Origin: Acidobacteriota bacterium
Lineage (GTDB): Bacteria > Acidobacteriota > Thermoanaerobaculia > Multivoradales > JBCCEF01
Length of the DNA stretch: 64,000 nt
Assembly: GCA_039028635.1 (NCBI GenBank)
Contig: JBCCHV010000004.1
Coordinates: forward strand, 89,385-153,384
Direction of reading: 5' to 3'
The first letter of the stretch is position 1. Every line of letters starts with the position of its first letter. This document shows positions 19,037 to 28,497 of the stretch, piece after piece. The notes under the pieces are model-generated. The model did not search any database, was not told the DNA's origin, and worked only from the letters and a program-made list of their open reading frames with translations. Both the position numbers and the translations under genes were made by a program.

Positions 19037-20053
19037 ATGGAGAAGATCTTCGTCACTCGGCGTTTGCCGGCCGCCGGCATCGCCCGATTGGAAGCCGCCG
19101 ACGTTCCCTTTCGGATCGGCCAGGAGGACGAGGAGGCAGGGCTGCCGCGCGACGCTTTGCTCGCCGGTGCCGCCGGCGCCGAGGTGTTGATCTGCCAGCT
19201 CACCGAGACCATCGATCGCGAGGTTCTCGAGCTCGGCCTGCGCGGAGTCTGCAACATGGCCGTCGGTTTCGACAACGTCGACGTCGCGACGGCGACGGAG
19301 CTCGGGGTGGCGGTGACCAACACACCGGGAGTGCTCACCGAAACCACCGCCGATTTCGCCTGGGCGTTGCTGATGGCGGTGGCGCGGCGGCTGCCGGAGG
19401 CGGACCGCTACACCCGGGACGGGCGCTGGAAGATCTGGGGCCCCAACCTCTTCCTCGGCGGTGATGTCGGCCCCGGTGCCGACGGTCGGCGCAAGTGCCT
19501 CGGCATCGTCGGCTTCGGCCGGATCGGAGCTGCCGTAGCGCGGCGCGCCCAGGGCTTCGAAATGGAAGTTCTGGTCTACGATCCGCGCCATCGCGAGCGT
19601 GTCGAGGCCCATCCGGGAGTGCGTTGGGTCGAGCTGGCGCCGCTCCTCGAGCAGAGCGACTTCGTTTCGCTCCATCCGCCCCTGACGGCCGAGACCCATC
19701 ATCTGATCGGTGCCGCCGAGCTCGCCCGCATGAAGCCCACCGCCTACTTGATCAACACCGCCCGCGGTCCGGTGGTCGATGAGCCGGCCCTGCTCGTCGC
19801 TCTGCGCGAAGGTCGCCTGGCCGGTGCCGGCCTCGACGTCTTCGAGAACGAGCCGCGGCTGACGGCGGGCCTCGCCGACCTCGACCAGGTCGTGCTGGCG
19901 CCTCACATCGCAAGCGCCAGCGTTGCCACCCGCGGTCGCATGGCGACCTTGGCGGTCGACAACGCCCTCGCCCTGCTGGCCGGCCAACGGGCGCCCCATA
20001 CGGTCGATCCGAGGGTTTATGAAGGGCCCGCCTGGGGGCGGCGTCTGGGGTAA
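19037..20053 (+). CDS. D-isomer-specific 2-hydroxyacid dehydrogenase (glyoxylate/hydroxypyruvate reductase-like)
   Basis: NAD-binding GIVGFGRIGAAVARRA. Catalytic region LINTARGPVVDEPALLVALREGRLAGAGLDVFENEP ... APHIASAS. Confidence 0.85.
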   Translation: MEKIFVTRRLPAAGIARLEAADVPFRIGQEDEEAGLPRDALLAGAAGAEVLICQLTETIDREVLELGLRGVCNMAVGFDNVDVATATELGVAVTNTPGVLTETTADFAWALLMAVARRLPEADRYTRDGRWKIWGPNLFLGGDVGPGADGRRKCLGIVGFGRIGAAVARRAQGFEMEVLVYDPRHRERVEAHPGVRWVELAPLLEQSDFVSLHPPLTAETHHLIGAAELARMKPTAYLINTARGPVVDEPALLVALREGRLAGAGLDVFENEPRLTAGLADLDQVVLAPHIASASVATRGRMATLAVDNALALLAGQRAPHTVDPRVYEGPAWGRRLG

Positions 20054-20083
20054 GCTGGGCGGCCACGAGAGGAGGGCGGAACG

Positions 20084-20638
20084 ATGGCTGCCGAAGCACA
20101 AGGAGCGGGACTCACCTGGTTGGTTTGGGCTCTGATGACGGTCGGGTCCTGGGGCCTTTACGGGATCTTTCTTCACACCGGTCAGATGGGCATGGCGGAT
20201 CCGGTCAACGGGCGCTACAAGGCGTTCCTGTTCGTCGGCCTGGCGTACTTCCTGACCGCCGTGTTGGCGCCCCTGGCGCTGTTGCTGCTCAACGGTGCCA
20301 GCTTGACCTTCCCGGCCAAGGGCGCGCTCTGGTCGCTGCTCGCCGGTGTGGTCGGAGCGATCGGTGCCTTCGGTGTTCTGCTGGCCTTCGGTGCCAAGGG
20401 TAGTCCGGCGGTGGTGATGTCGATCATTTTCGCCGGCGCGCCGATCGTCAACGCCGTCGTCGCCCTCGCCCTCCACCCGCCGGCAGGGGGACTGCAGTCG
20501 ATTCGCTGGCCCTTCTTCGCCGGCATTCTGATGGCCGCCATCGGAGGCTGTCTGGTGACCCTCTACAAGCCGGGGCCGGCACCTCCACCGGCGGCTCAGG
20601 AGCCCGCGGCCTCGGCGCCCTCGACGAGCTCGCCCTGA
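20084..20638 (+). CDS. hypothetical small integral membrane protein (4-5 TM)
   Basis: 184 aa, hydrophobic with a Pro/Ala-rich C-terminal tail. No recognisable catalytic motif. Confidence 0.45.
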   Translation: MAAEAQGAGLTWLVWALMTVGSWGLYGIFLHTGQMGMADPVNGRYKAFLFVGLAYFLTAVLAPLALLLLNGASLTFPAKGALWSLLAGVVGAIGAFGVLLAFGAKGSPAVVMSIIFAGAPIVNAVVALALHPPAGGLQSIRWPFFAGILMAAIGGCLVTLYKPGPAPPPAAQEPAASAPSTSSP

Positions 20639-20659
20639 TGACAAGCACGCCTTGATGGG

Positions 20660-21394
20660 GTGATCCCGTCGGATCCGACCCTCGCGGTCCTACTCTTCGC
20701 CAGCCTGGCGGCGGCGAGCGCCTTCCTCGGTGCCCTGCCGCTGCTCGGGCGGAGAGCGCAAGCGCCGCAGGCCTTGCTCGGCTGGTCGAATGCCCTCGCT
20801 GCCGGTCTCATGTTGGGATCGGCCTTCGTGCTCTCCGAAACGGTCGGTGCCGCCGCTCCCTGGGCTAGTGCCCTCGGGGCGGCCCTTGGGACCTGTTACA
20901 GCGCCTGGGCGCGGTCCGTCTCCGGCGGGCCGATTCCAGAACCATCCCTCTGTGAGCCGGCGCAGGGCTACCAGGCCCTGCTGGTGGCGACCTTGCACTC
21001 CGCGTCCGAGGGTATCGCCATCGGCGCCGCGATGGCGGCGGACCTCTCCCTCGGCATTTTCACCGCCCTGGCGATCGCGGTGCACAACGTGCCGGAAGGA
21101 CTCGTTCTCGGGGCGGTGCTGCGGGGACACGGCGTCACGTCTCTGCAGGCCGGAGCGCTGGCGGTCGCCGCCAACATCAGTCAGGTGCTATTCGCGGTCT
21201 CGACCTTTGCGGTGATCTCGGCGGCGCCGGCCATCCTCCCCTGGATACTCGGCTTCGCGGTGGGTGCTCTGGTCTTCCTGATCCTGACGGAGCTCTTGCC
21301 GGAGGCCTATCGCGAAGCCGGCGCCAGCCGCATCGCCCTGGTGACCAGCGTGGCGATGAGCCTGGTGGTGCTGCTGCGGGGACTGGTGCCGTGA
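20660..21394 (+). CDS. ZIP family metal (zinc) transporter, ZupT-like
   Basis: HNVPEGL signature (AIAVHNVPEGLVLGAVL), TM-rich, 244 aa. Confidence 0.75.
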   Translation: MIPSDPTLAVLLFASLAAASAFLGALPLLGRRAQAPQALLGWSNALAAGLMLGSAFVLSETVGAAAPWASALGAALGTCYSAWARSVSGGPIPEPSLCEPAQGYQALLVATLHSASEGIAIGAAMAADLSLGIFTALAIAVHNVPEGLVLGAVLRGHGVTSLQAGALAVAANISQVLFAVSTFAVISAAPAILPWILGFAVGALVFLILTELLPEAYREAGASRIALVTSVAMSLVVLLRGLVP

Positions 21395-22119
21395 GCCCGG
21401 TGCTGCTGGTTTTCCTCTACGGTCTCCTGACTGCCTTGGCGACCGGGCTGGGAGCTTTGCCTTTTGTCTTCGTGCGTCGGGTCTCGGCGCGCGCCGTCGC
21501 TTACGCCAATGCCGTGGCCGCCGGTCTCATGCTAGGCGCGAGCTTCGGGCTGGTTGCCGAGGGTACCCGCACCGGGCGCTGGCAGACCATTGCCGGGGTC
21601 CACCTGGGCATCGCTTTCATCCTGCTGATCCAGAGATTTCTGGGGGAGCACGATGTCCGGTTCGGTCGGCTGAGCGGTGCCGGGGCGCGCAGGATCCTCT
21701 TGATGCTGGTGGTGATGACGGCCCACTCCTTCGCCGAAGGGGTGGCGGTGGGGTCGTCCTTTGGCGGCGGCATGACCTTGGCGACGGTGATCACCGTCGC
21801 CATCGCGGTGCACAACGTCCCCGAGGGATTGGCGATCAGTGCCGTGTTGCGACCCCAAGGGGTGAGCGTACTCGCCTGTGCCGGCTGGAGCATCTTTTCG
21901 TCATTGCCGCAACCGGTGATGGCGGTCCCCGCCTTTCTCTTCGTCGACACCTTCCGCTCGGCCTTGCCTTACGGTGTCGGATTCGCCGCCGGGGCGATGG
22001 TTTACATGGTCTTCGTCGAGCTCCTGCCGGAAGCCTTCGACCAGGCGCCGCAGCCGCGGGTCGGTCTTCTCGCCACTCTGACGCTGGTGGCCATGATCCT
22101 CTTCCAGCGCTTCCTATGA
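21391..22119 (+). CDS. ZIP family metal transporter, second tandem paralog
   Basis: AIAVHNVPEGLAISAVL with a His-containing TM segment (MTAHSFAEGVAVGSS). A 4-nt start/stop overlap with the upstream ZIP gene. Confidence 0.75.
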   Translation: MSPVLLVFLYGLLTALATGLGALPFVFVRRVSARAVAYANAVAAGLMLGASFGLVAEGTRTGRWQTIAGVHLGIAFILLIQRFLGEHDVRFGRLSGAGARRILLMLVVMTAHSFAEGVAVGSSFGGGMTLATVITVAIAVHNVPEGLAISAVLRPQGVSVLACAGWSIFSSLPQPVMAVPAFLFVDTFRSALPYGVGFAAGAMVYMVFVELLPEAFDQAPQPRVGLLATLTLVAMILFQRFL

Positions 22120-22742
22120 TCTTTTTCGACCGGCTGCGGAACCCTGCGCCGGACGGTGCGTTGTGGGGGATGCGAGAGGAGCGCATGGGCGAACGGAGCG
22201 ATGCCGATTTGATGGCCGCGACACGCCGGGGTGACCTCGAGGCCTTTGGCAGCATCGTCGATCGCTACAAGGACCCGCTGGTCAACTATCTCACCCGCCT
22301 GGCAGGCTGTCGCCAGCGGGCCGAGGACCTGGCGCAAGACAGCTTCCTCCGACTCTTCGAGAGCGCACGGCGCTACGAGGAGCGGGGCTGTCTCAAGGCC
22401 TTGCTGTATCGCATTGCGGTGAATCGTCTGCGCTCCGAGGAACGCCGCTTCCGCCGCTGGCGGGGAATCGAGCCAATGTACGGGGCGAGCGCCAACGGGC
22501 ACACGCCGGAGGCCGGCGATCTGCTGCGGGACGAGCTCCAACACCAGGTGCAGGGGGCGATCGCCGACCTGCCCCTGAAGTTTCGGATTCCCCTCGTTTT
22601 GCACGAGCTCGAGGATTGGCCCTATGACGCCATCGCGGACCAGCTCGGTTGTCGAGTCGGGACCGTGAAGTCGCGGATCTTTCGAGCTCGCGAACGGCTC
22701 CGGCGGCGGCTGGAGCCCTATTGGAACGGAGAAGCTCGATGA
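22116..22742 (+). CDS. ECF (sigma-70 family) RNA polymerase sigma factor
   Basis: Region 2 (DLAQDSFLRLFE) and region 4 (DAIADQLGCRVGTVKSRIFRARERL). The exact start is uncertain (MREERM or MGER internal starts are plausible). Confidence 0.75.
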   Translation: MIFFDRLRNPAPDGALWGMREERMGERSDADLMAATRRGDLEAFGSIVDRYKDPLVNYLTRLAGCRQRAEDLAQDSFLRLFESARRYEERGCLKALLYRIAVNRLRSEERRFRRWRGIEPMYGASANGHTPEAGDLLRDELQHQVQGAIADLPLKFRIPLVLHELEDWPYDAIADQLGCRVGTVKSRIFRARERLRRRLEPYWNGEAR

Positions 22743-23206
22743 GCGACCGACGTCTCGACGAGGCCCTACGCTCGCTGCCGACGGCACGAGCCAGCGATGA
22801 ATTCACCGCCCAGGTGCTGCGCCGGCTGCCGGCCGATGCGGGGACCGAGCAAGGGCCCGGGAATCCCTGGAATCGCCCGGCGAGCTGGGCCGGTTTGGCG
22901 GCCGCGGCGATGCTGTTGCTGGCCTTCGCCGGCGTCTTGTTGGCGCCGCGCGGTGGGGGTGACGACTCGGCGGCAGTGGATCGCGAGGAAGCCCGTGCTC
23001 TCCTCGAGGAGCTGCGCCAGGACCACCGTCGTCTGACCGCCGAGGTGCGCTCCCTGCGCGAGCACCAGCAGGCTCCAGTGCTCTACCTGGGCGGAGACGA
23101 AGGCCTCGACATCGTGCTCGATCTCGGCCGCGAGGATCTGCGACCGTCGGCGCGCCGGGCGCCGGCCGGCGGCGAGTATCGACCCGCCCGCATGACCACC
23201 TACTGA
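22739..23206 (+). CDS. putative anti-sigma factor (membrane-anchored)
   Basis: The ATGA overlap with the sigma stop implies translational coupling. It has a single TM (WAGLAAAAMLLLAFAGVLL) after a short cytoplasmic N-terminus. Confidence 0.5.
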   Translation: MSDRRLDEALRSLPTARASDEFTAQVLRRLPADAGTEQGPGNPWNRPASWAGLAAAAMLLLAFAGVLLAPRGGGDDSAAVDREEARALLEELRQDHRRLTAEVRSLREHQQAPVLYLGGDEGLDIVLDLGREDLRPSARRAPAGGEYRPARMTTY

Positions 23207-23236
23207 GACCTATCGGTAGCAAGGGAGAACAGCCCC

Positions 23237-24163
23237 ATGAAACGCATCGCGCTATCCACGTTGATACTCGCCGGCCTCGCTATGGGCGGAGCGGTTTGGG
23301 CGCAGGATGATGAGCACCGGGTGGTGGTGATCAGCCAGAACGTCGAGATCACCGAAGACGACGAGGGCGTGATCGACTGCCGGGCGATCTCCGTCAGCGA
23401 CGGCGCCGAGCAGGAGCTGCGCTGCGAGCTGCGCGAGGGCAGCGATGGCCTGACCCGCGCGGTGTTCTTCAATGCTCAGGGCGAAGAGGTCGAGATCGAG
23501 GGTGAGTCCAAGCTCAACTGGCTGACCCAGAGCCTGCGCAATCGGCCGCTGATTCTCGGCGATCACTCGAGCCACGATCAGCGCTTCGACCTGCAGATTT
23601 TCGGGCTCGACGAGCCCGGCAAGCCGCGGGGCTTCCTCGGCCTGCGTCTCACCGACCTGACGCCGGAGCTGCGACGCTTCTTCGGAGTCGCCGAGACCGC
23701 CGGGGTTCTGGTCGCCCAGGTGACGCCCGGCGGGCCCGCCGATCGCGCCGGCGTGCGCGTGGGAGACGTGCTGACGGCCCTCGACGGCAAGGATGTGGTG
23801 GCGAGCCGCGACCTGCGTCGCCTGGTGCGGGCCTATCAGGAAGGGGATCCGGTGGTGCTCGAGATCTACCGCGACCGGCGCCTCCAGAAGGTCACCGCCG
23901 AGATCACTCTGCGGGCCGTGCCCGAAGCCGACATTCGGCAGTTCCTCTGGCGATCACAGCAGGATGCCGGGGACGCCAGCGGCAACGCCTTCACCTACCG
24001 CCTCGACTCGGGCGGTGCCGCTGCGGCCATCGTCGATCTCCAGAAGACCCTCGAACGTGGCGAGGGCCTCTTCCCGCAGCCGTCTTGCGGACCCCTGGAG
24101 AAGCGTCTCGAGGAGCTCGAAAAGAAAATCCTCGAGCTCTCGCAGCGGCTCGAAGGCCGCTGA
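23237..24163 (+). CDS. secreted PDZ domain-containing protein
   Basis: Signal peptide MKRIALSTLILAGLAMGGAVWA. PDZ block (GFLGLRLTDLTPELRRFFGVAETAGVLVAQVTPGGPADRAGVRVGDVLTALDGKDV). Confidence 0.6.
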   Translation: MKRIALSTLILAGLAMGGAVWAQDDEHRVVVISQNVEITEDDEGVIDCRAISVSDGAEQELRCELREGSDGLTRAVFFNAQGEEVEIEGESKLNWLTQSLRNRPLILGDHSSHDQRFDLQIFGLDEPGKPRGFLGLRLTDLTPELRRFFGVAETAGVLVAQVTPGGPADRAGVRVGDVLTALDGKDVVASRDLRRLVRAYQEGDPVVLEIYRDRRLQKVTAEITLRAVPEADIRQFLWRSQQDAGDASGNAFTYRLDSGGAAAAIVDLQKTLERGEGLFPQPSCGPLEKRLEELEKKILELSQRLEGR

Positions 24164-24392
24164 TGCCGCGGCCGTGAGACGGCGGCGCGGCGCTCGCTGG
24201 TCGGGAAGCGGCTTGCGCCGCGACCCGCCCTCGTGGCTGAGCGGCGAGATGAGAGAATCAGCCCGTTCCGTTCCTGTTTGACTCGCTGGTCGGTTTTCGG
24301 GAAGCCCGAGGACCGACCGATGCGCCCAGGGAGTGGAATGGGTGGGGGCTATTCGCCGGGTCCCTCCCGAACGGTCGTTCACGGAGGGACTG

Positions 24393-24830
24393 ATGAAGAT
24401 TCGCACTTTCCTGCTCATTCTGGTCTTCCTGCTGGCGTTGCTGTTCACCGCTCTCAACTGGGAGCAGTTCGCCGCGCCGGCGAGCCTCAACATCCTGATC
24501 GGTCGGGTCGACGCGCCGCTGGGGTTGCTTCTCCTCGGTGCGATGGGCATCCTGACCTTGGTCTATTTGCTCCTGCTGTCGAAGAGCGAGGCGGCGGCGC
24601 TGATCGAAAGCCGGCGCACCCTCAAGGACCTCGAGAAGGCCCGCAAGGTCGCCGAGCAGGCCGAGGAATCACGCATTCGCGAGCTCCGCGATCAGCTCGA
24701 TATCGAGCTCGAACAGCTCCACGGGAAGATCGATCGCCTGCTGGGCGTAAAGGAAGAAGAGCCGGCTTCGCCTGCCGAGGGTGAGGTGGTGGCTCCGGTC
24801 GAGGACGAAATCGGCAAGGAGGCGGATTGA
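24393..24830 (+). CDS. LapA-family (DUF1049) inner membrane protein
   Basis: 145 aa from MKIRTFLLILVFLLALLFTALNWEQ with a GGAGGGA RBS. Two TM segments then a coiled-coil tail, as in LPS assembly protein A. Confidence 0.55.
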   Translation: MKIRTFLLILVFLLALLFTALNWEQFAAPASLNILIGRVDAPLGLLLLGAMGILTLVYLLLLSKSEAAALIESRRTLKDLEKARKVAEQAEESRIRELRDQLDIELEQLHGKIDRLLGVKEEEPASPAEGEVVAPVEDEIGKEAD

Positions 24831-25360
24831 TGGGTGATCGTGGTGGTATCGGTTGCGGCAAGCTCTTCCTGGGGTGTGGCTGTCTAGTCCTGATTCTGCT
24901 GTTGGTGAGCGGCTTGACCCTCGCCCTCAATCCCGACCTGCTCAAATCGACCGCCTGGTACCAAAAGGCCGAAGAGCTCGCCGCCGAGGGCAAAGGCGCC
25001 ATGCAGTTCGCCCTCACGCTGCGCGAAGAGCTGCTCTCGATCTATCCAGCGGAGGACCTGGGGGTCAACTGGAACTGGTCCAACGAGTCCGGCAAGACCC
25101 TCGCCGTCGAGATCGTCAACCCGGCCTTCGCCGACGACGAGAATGCGGACTGGAACGCCATCGCCCTCGAGATTGCTCGCTACACCGCCTCGGCCCACGG
25201 CAAGCCCGAAGAGCTCGAGGGAATTCAGGTCGTCATCACTCAGCGAGTCACCGCCGGCGTGAGCTTTTCGAAGGAGCAGGACTACTACTTCTCGATGGAG
25301 GAGATCGGCGACCTCGGCCTGCGACCGCAGGTCGAAGCGACCCCCGGCGAGACTCTCTGA
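24827..25360 (+). CDS. hypothetical membrane-anchored protein
   Basis: 177 aa with an N-terminal TM (LVLILLLVSGLTLAL). ATGA overlap with the lapA-like stop. Confidence 0.4.
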   Translation: MMGDRGGIGCGKLFLGCGCLVLILLLVSGLTLALNPDLLKSTAWYQKAEELAAEGKGAMQFALTLREELLSIYPAEDLGVNWNWSNESGKTLAVEIVNPAFADDENADWNAIALEIARYTASAHGKPEELEGIQVVITQRVTAGVSFSKEQDYYFSMEEIGDLGLRPQVEATPGETL

Positions 25361-25369
25361 GGGGCGTCC

Positions 25370-27544
25370 TTACAGGTATCCCAGCGCTTCGAGCTGGCGC
25401 CGGGTCTCTTCGTCCTCGGCCGGTGGTGTGGCGCCGTCCTCCGCGGGGCGACCGGACTCGATCCAGGCGCGCAGTCGCTCGCGCAGCCAGGCGGCTTCCG
25501 GCCGCCCGTCGCCGGCCAGATTGAGGCGCTGCTCGGGGTCGCCTTCGAGGTCGAAGAGATAGACCGGCTGCTTGCTGCGCCCGAGGCCGTCCCCCTGGCC
25601 CCAGCCGAGTCCTTGACGCGGTGCGAAGATCAGCTCGAGGCGGTCGCTGCGGGCGGAGAAGATGCCGCCGGGAACGCTGGCGGCGGCGGCGAAGCGCACT
25701 GGCTGCGGCGACCATTGGGAGGCGAGCAGATTTCGCCCCGCAGGCTCGCCGGAGACCACCAGGCCGCGCAGCGTGGCATGGAGGTCGGTGGTGTCGGTGG
25801 CGGCCGCGATGCGCCGCGGCGCCAGCCGGCCCGGAGCCCACAGGATCAACGGAATCTCGATCATCTCGCGATAGAGGGTGTAGCCGTGGAGCAGGCCGCC
25901 ATGGTCGAAGAGCTCCTCGCCATGGTCCGAGGTGACGGCGAGGACGGTGTCCTGCGGCGCGAAGCGTTCGGCGAGGGCGTCGAGGAGATGCCCGATCTGC
26001 TGATCGTTGTAAGCCAGGGCGCCGGCGTAGAGTCCCCGCAGGCGCTCGCGATCGCCGTCGGCGAGGGTGCGTCGGCCGCGCTGGACGTCGAGCAGCGTCT
26101 CGGTGGCGCCGTCGATGGCCGAAGGGCCGCGCGGCGCAAAGCGGGAGCGCAGCGGCTCCGGCGGGGTGTAGGGGTTGTGGGGGTGGATGGTGTGCAGGTA
26201 GAGGAACACCGACGCGGTGGCCGGCAGGGTGTCGAGCCAGGCCTCGGCGGCGGCGTGGATGCGCGCTGCGTTGTCGTTGACCGGACCGGTGGTCCCACCG
26301 TCCACCAAGGCGGCGTGCTCGAAGCCGCGGTCGGTGCCGTAGGTGGGCGACACGTAGACATTGCCCGAAAACAGGCCGGTGCGGTAGCCGGCGTCGGCGA
26401 ACTGCTCGGCGAGGGTCGGAAGGCCATCGGCCGGAATCTTCCAGCCGCCTCGGAAACGCGGCGCGTGGCCGGTCAAGAGTGCCTTGGTGGAGGGTAGGGT
26501 GTTGGGAGCGGTGGAGCGGTGATTGGCGAACAGCCAGCCCTCTTGCGCCAGGCGATCGAGGGTCGGGGAGGCGCCGCGAGGACTGCCGTAGGCGCCGAGG
26601 GCGTCGGCTCGCAGGGCGTCGAGCACGTAAAGGACCACCAGCTTCGGCCGTTCGGTCGTCGGCGCGGTCGTCTCGGCGCCGGCCGCCGCCCGCGGGGTCG
26701 TCGGTTGCGTTCCGCCTTCCCAGCGCAGGTCGTGCCAGGTGGCGGCCGGTCCCGCGCCCTGGGCGAGTAGCCGGATGCGCCGCCAGCCAGGGGCTGGGGG
26801 CGCATCGAAGGTCAGGTCGAAGGCACCGCGCAGTCCGTTGTCGGGCCAGGATCGCTCGACCAGTGGCCGGCCTGTCGCGTCCTCGACCCGCAGGACGAAG
26901 CGCTGATCGGGCGCCGGTGCTGGGGGCGGCACGAAGCGACCCGTCAATCGGTGGCGGCCGGCGACGGGACGCACCGCTTCGAGCAGGGAGGTGCCCTGCT
27001 GGTGGATCTCGTCGCCGACTCGCTCGATTTCCCCGGGGTGGGCCACCGGCCGCACCGCCGCACCGGCCAAGGCGACGTCGCGGCTGCCGGAGAACGTCAG
27101 GTCGAGGGGTACCCGGCCGAGGGGTAGATCCGCCGGCAGGGGAAGCTCGATCGTCGCCTCTACCGGCGCCTGCGCCAGCAGGCGGTCGCCGAAGCGCACG
27201 GCGACCTCGCCGCCGGTGCCGCCGGCGAGATCGAGCACCAGCCGCCGCGGTCGCGCCGCCAACTGCACGATCTCGAGGCGGGAGCCGCCCTCGAGAGGAT
27301 TGAGCCGGACTCGGCCTTCGCCGTCGCGCCAGGGCCACCAACCGGCGAGAAAGCGATGGCCGTCGAGGCTCGGCCGGTGATCCAACCGCGCCGCTTCGAT
27401 CAGCAGGTCCGGCTGATGCAGATCGTCGAGCAGAGGCCTTGCCGGCGGTGGCGCCGGGGGGCGGCAGGCGAGGGCGAGAAGGGCCACCGAGAGGAGGCCA
27501 GAGAGGATTAGCCGTTGCCGGAGACTGGCGGGGGGTCCCTGCAT
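25370..27544 (-). CDS. sulfatase / alkaline-phosphatase-superfamily hydrolase with N-terminal extra domain
   Basis: Lipoprotein-like signal (LLALACRPP). Sulfatase core (LVVLYVLDALRADALGAYGSP ... TAPNTLPSTKALLTGHAP ... LYLHTIHPHNPY). Confidence 0.7.
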   Translation of the reverse strand: MQGPPASLRQRLILSGLLSVALLALACRPPAPPPARPLLDDLHQPDLLIEAARLDHRPSLDGHRFLAGWWPWRDGEGRVRLNPLEGGSRLEIVQLAARPRRLVLDLAGGTGGEVAVRFGDRLLAQAPVEATIELPLPADLPLGRVPLDLTFSGSRDVALAGAAVRPVAHPGEIERVGDEIHQQGTSLLEAVRPVAGRHRLTGRFVPPPAPAPDQRFVLRVEDATGRPLVERSWPDNGLRGAFDLTFDAPPAPGWRRIRLLAQGAGPAATWHDLRWEGGTQPTTPRAAAGAETTAPTTERPKLVVLYVLDALRADALGAYGSPRGASPTLDRLAQEGWLFANHRSTAPNTLPSTKALLTGHAPRFRGGWKIPADGLPTLAEQFADAGYRTGLFSGNVYVSPTYGTDRGFEHAALVDGGTTGPVNDNAARIHAAAEAWLDTLPATASVFLYLHTIHPHNPYTPPEPLRSRFAPRGPSAIDGATETLLDVQRGRRTLADGDRERLRGLYAGALAYNDQQIGHLLDALAERFAPQDTVLAVTSDHGEELFDHGGLLHGYTLYREMIEIPLILWAPGRLAPRRIAAATDTTDLHATLRGLVVSGEPAGRNLLASQWSPQPVRFAAAASVPGGIFSARSDRLELIFAPRQGLGWGQGDGLGRSKQPVYLFDLEGDPEQRLNLAGDGRPEAAWLRERLRAWIESGRPAEDGATPPAEDEETRRQLEALGYL

Positions 27545-27621
27545 GGGCGCGATCCTACCCCGCCGGGGCGCCGCCGCGGCGAGGCGCTGATAGACTGCGC
27601 CGGCCCCTCGGAATTCCCTCC

Positions 27622-28245
27622 ATGCCCCTCCTGCGTCGCGTTCCTCAGAAGCTCCATATCGGAGCCGGCAAGCTCCGCCTCGAAGGCTGGGTCAATATCG
27701 ATATCCAGGCCCTGCCCGGCGTCGATGTGGTGGCCGATGTCACCGAGGGACTCGACTTCCGCAACGTCGAGGCGGTCTACGCCGAGCACTTTCTCGAGCA
27801 TCTCGACATTCAGGCGGCGTTGGCCTTCCTGCTCGAGTGTCACCGGGTCCTACGCCCGGACGGCTGGCTGCGCCTTTCGACTCCCAATCTCGATTGGGTA
27901 TGGAGCACCCATTATCCGCCCTACTTCGAGGGCCGGCAGAAGGAAGAGGCGGCGATTCGCGCCAACCGCGCCTTCTATGGCTGGCGCCATCGCTTTCTGT
28001 GGAACCGCGAGCTCCTCGGACGGGCGCTGCGCGCCTGTGGCTTCGAGGATCTCCGTTGGTGCCGCTACCGGGAGAGCGATCTCGAGGTGTTCCAGGGCCT
28101 CGAGCGCCACGAGACCTACACGGACACCGACGAGATGCCCCATGTGCTGATCGTCGAGGCCCGCCGCGGGCGTTCCCAGGAGGCGGATCTCGCCGCCCTC
28201 CGTGCCGAGATCCACGACGAGTTCCTGATCCACCTCGACGATTAG
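27622..28245 (+). CDS. class I SAM-dependent methyltransferase
   Basis: 207 aa from MPLLRRVPQKLHIGAGK. Methyltransf_11/23-like (VDVVADVTEGLD, EHFLEHLD, LRPDGWLRLSTPN). Confidence 0.6.
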   Translation: MPLLRRVPQKLHIGAGKLRLEGWVNIDIQALPGVDVVADVTEGLDFRNVEAVYAEHFLEHLDIQAALAFLLECHRVLRPDGWLRLSTPNLDWVWSTHYPPYFEGRQKEEAAIRANRAFYGWRHRFLWNRELLGRALRACGFEDLRWCRYRESDLEVFQGLERHETYTDTDEMPHVLIVEARRGRSQEADLAALRAEIHDEFLIHLDD

Positions 28246-28344
28246 AGGTGGCCTCTCCGGGCCGCCGGCCCGGGTGTTGACTCCTCGTCGGGACTGTGCA
28301 ACGATTCGCCTCCGCGGCGGAACACGACCGTCGCTTCAAGGTGA

Positions 28345-28422
<78 letters not shown>

Positions 28423-28497
28423 CCTTGATCGCTCAAGGCCCGGCAAACGCCGGGCCTTTTCGCGTTTGAACCGCGCTCACCGGAAACCAGCAGCGCG

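Noticed and set aside
18872-20644. 590-aa minus-strand ORF
   Set aside because: It is antisense to the 2-hydroxyacid dehydrogenase and membrane protein genes, which have strong motifs. No domain signal, and the composition is Gly/Arg-rich.
25248-27341. 697-aa minus-strand ORF overlapping the sulfatase gene in another frame
   Set aside because: The sulfatase frame (25370-27544) carries the conserved family blocks. This frame is Arg/Pro low-complexity.
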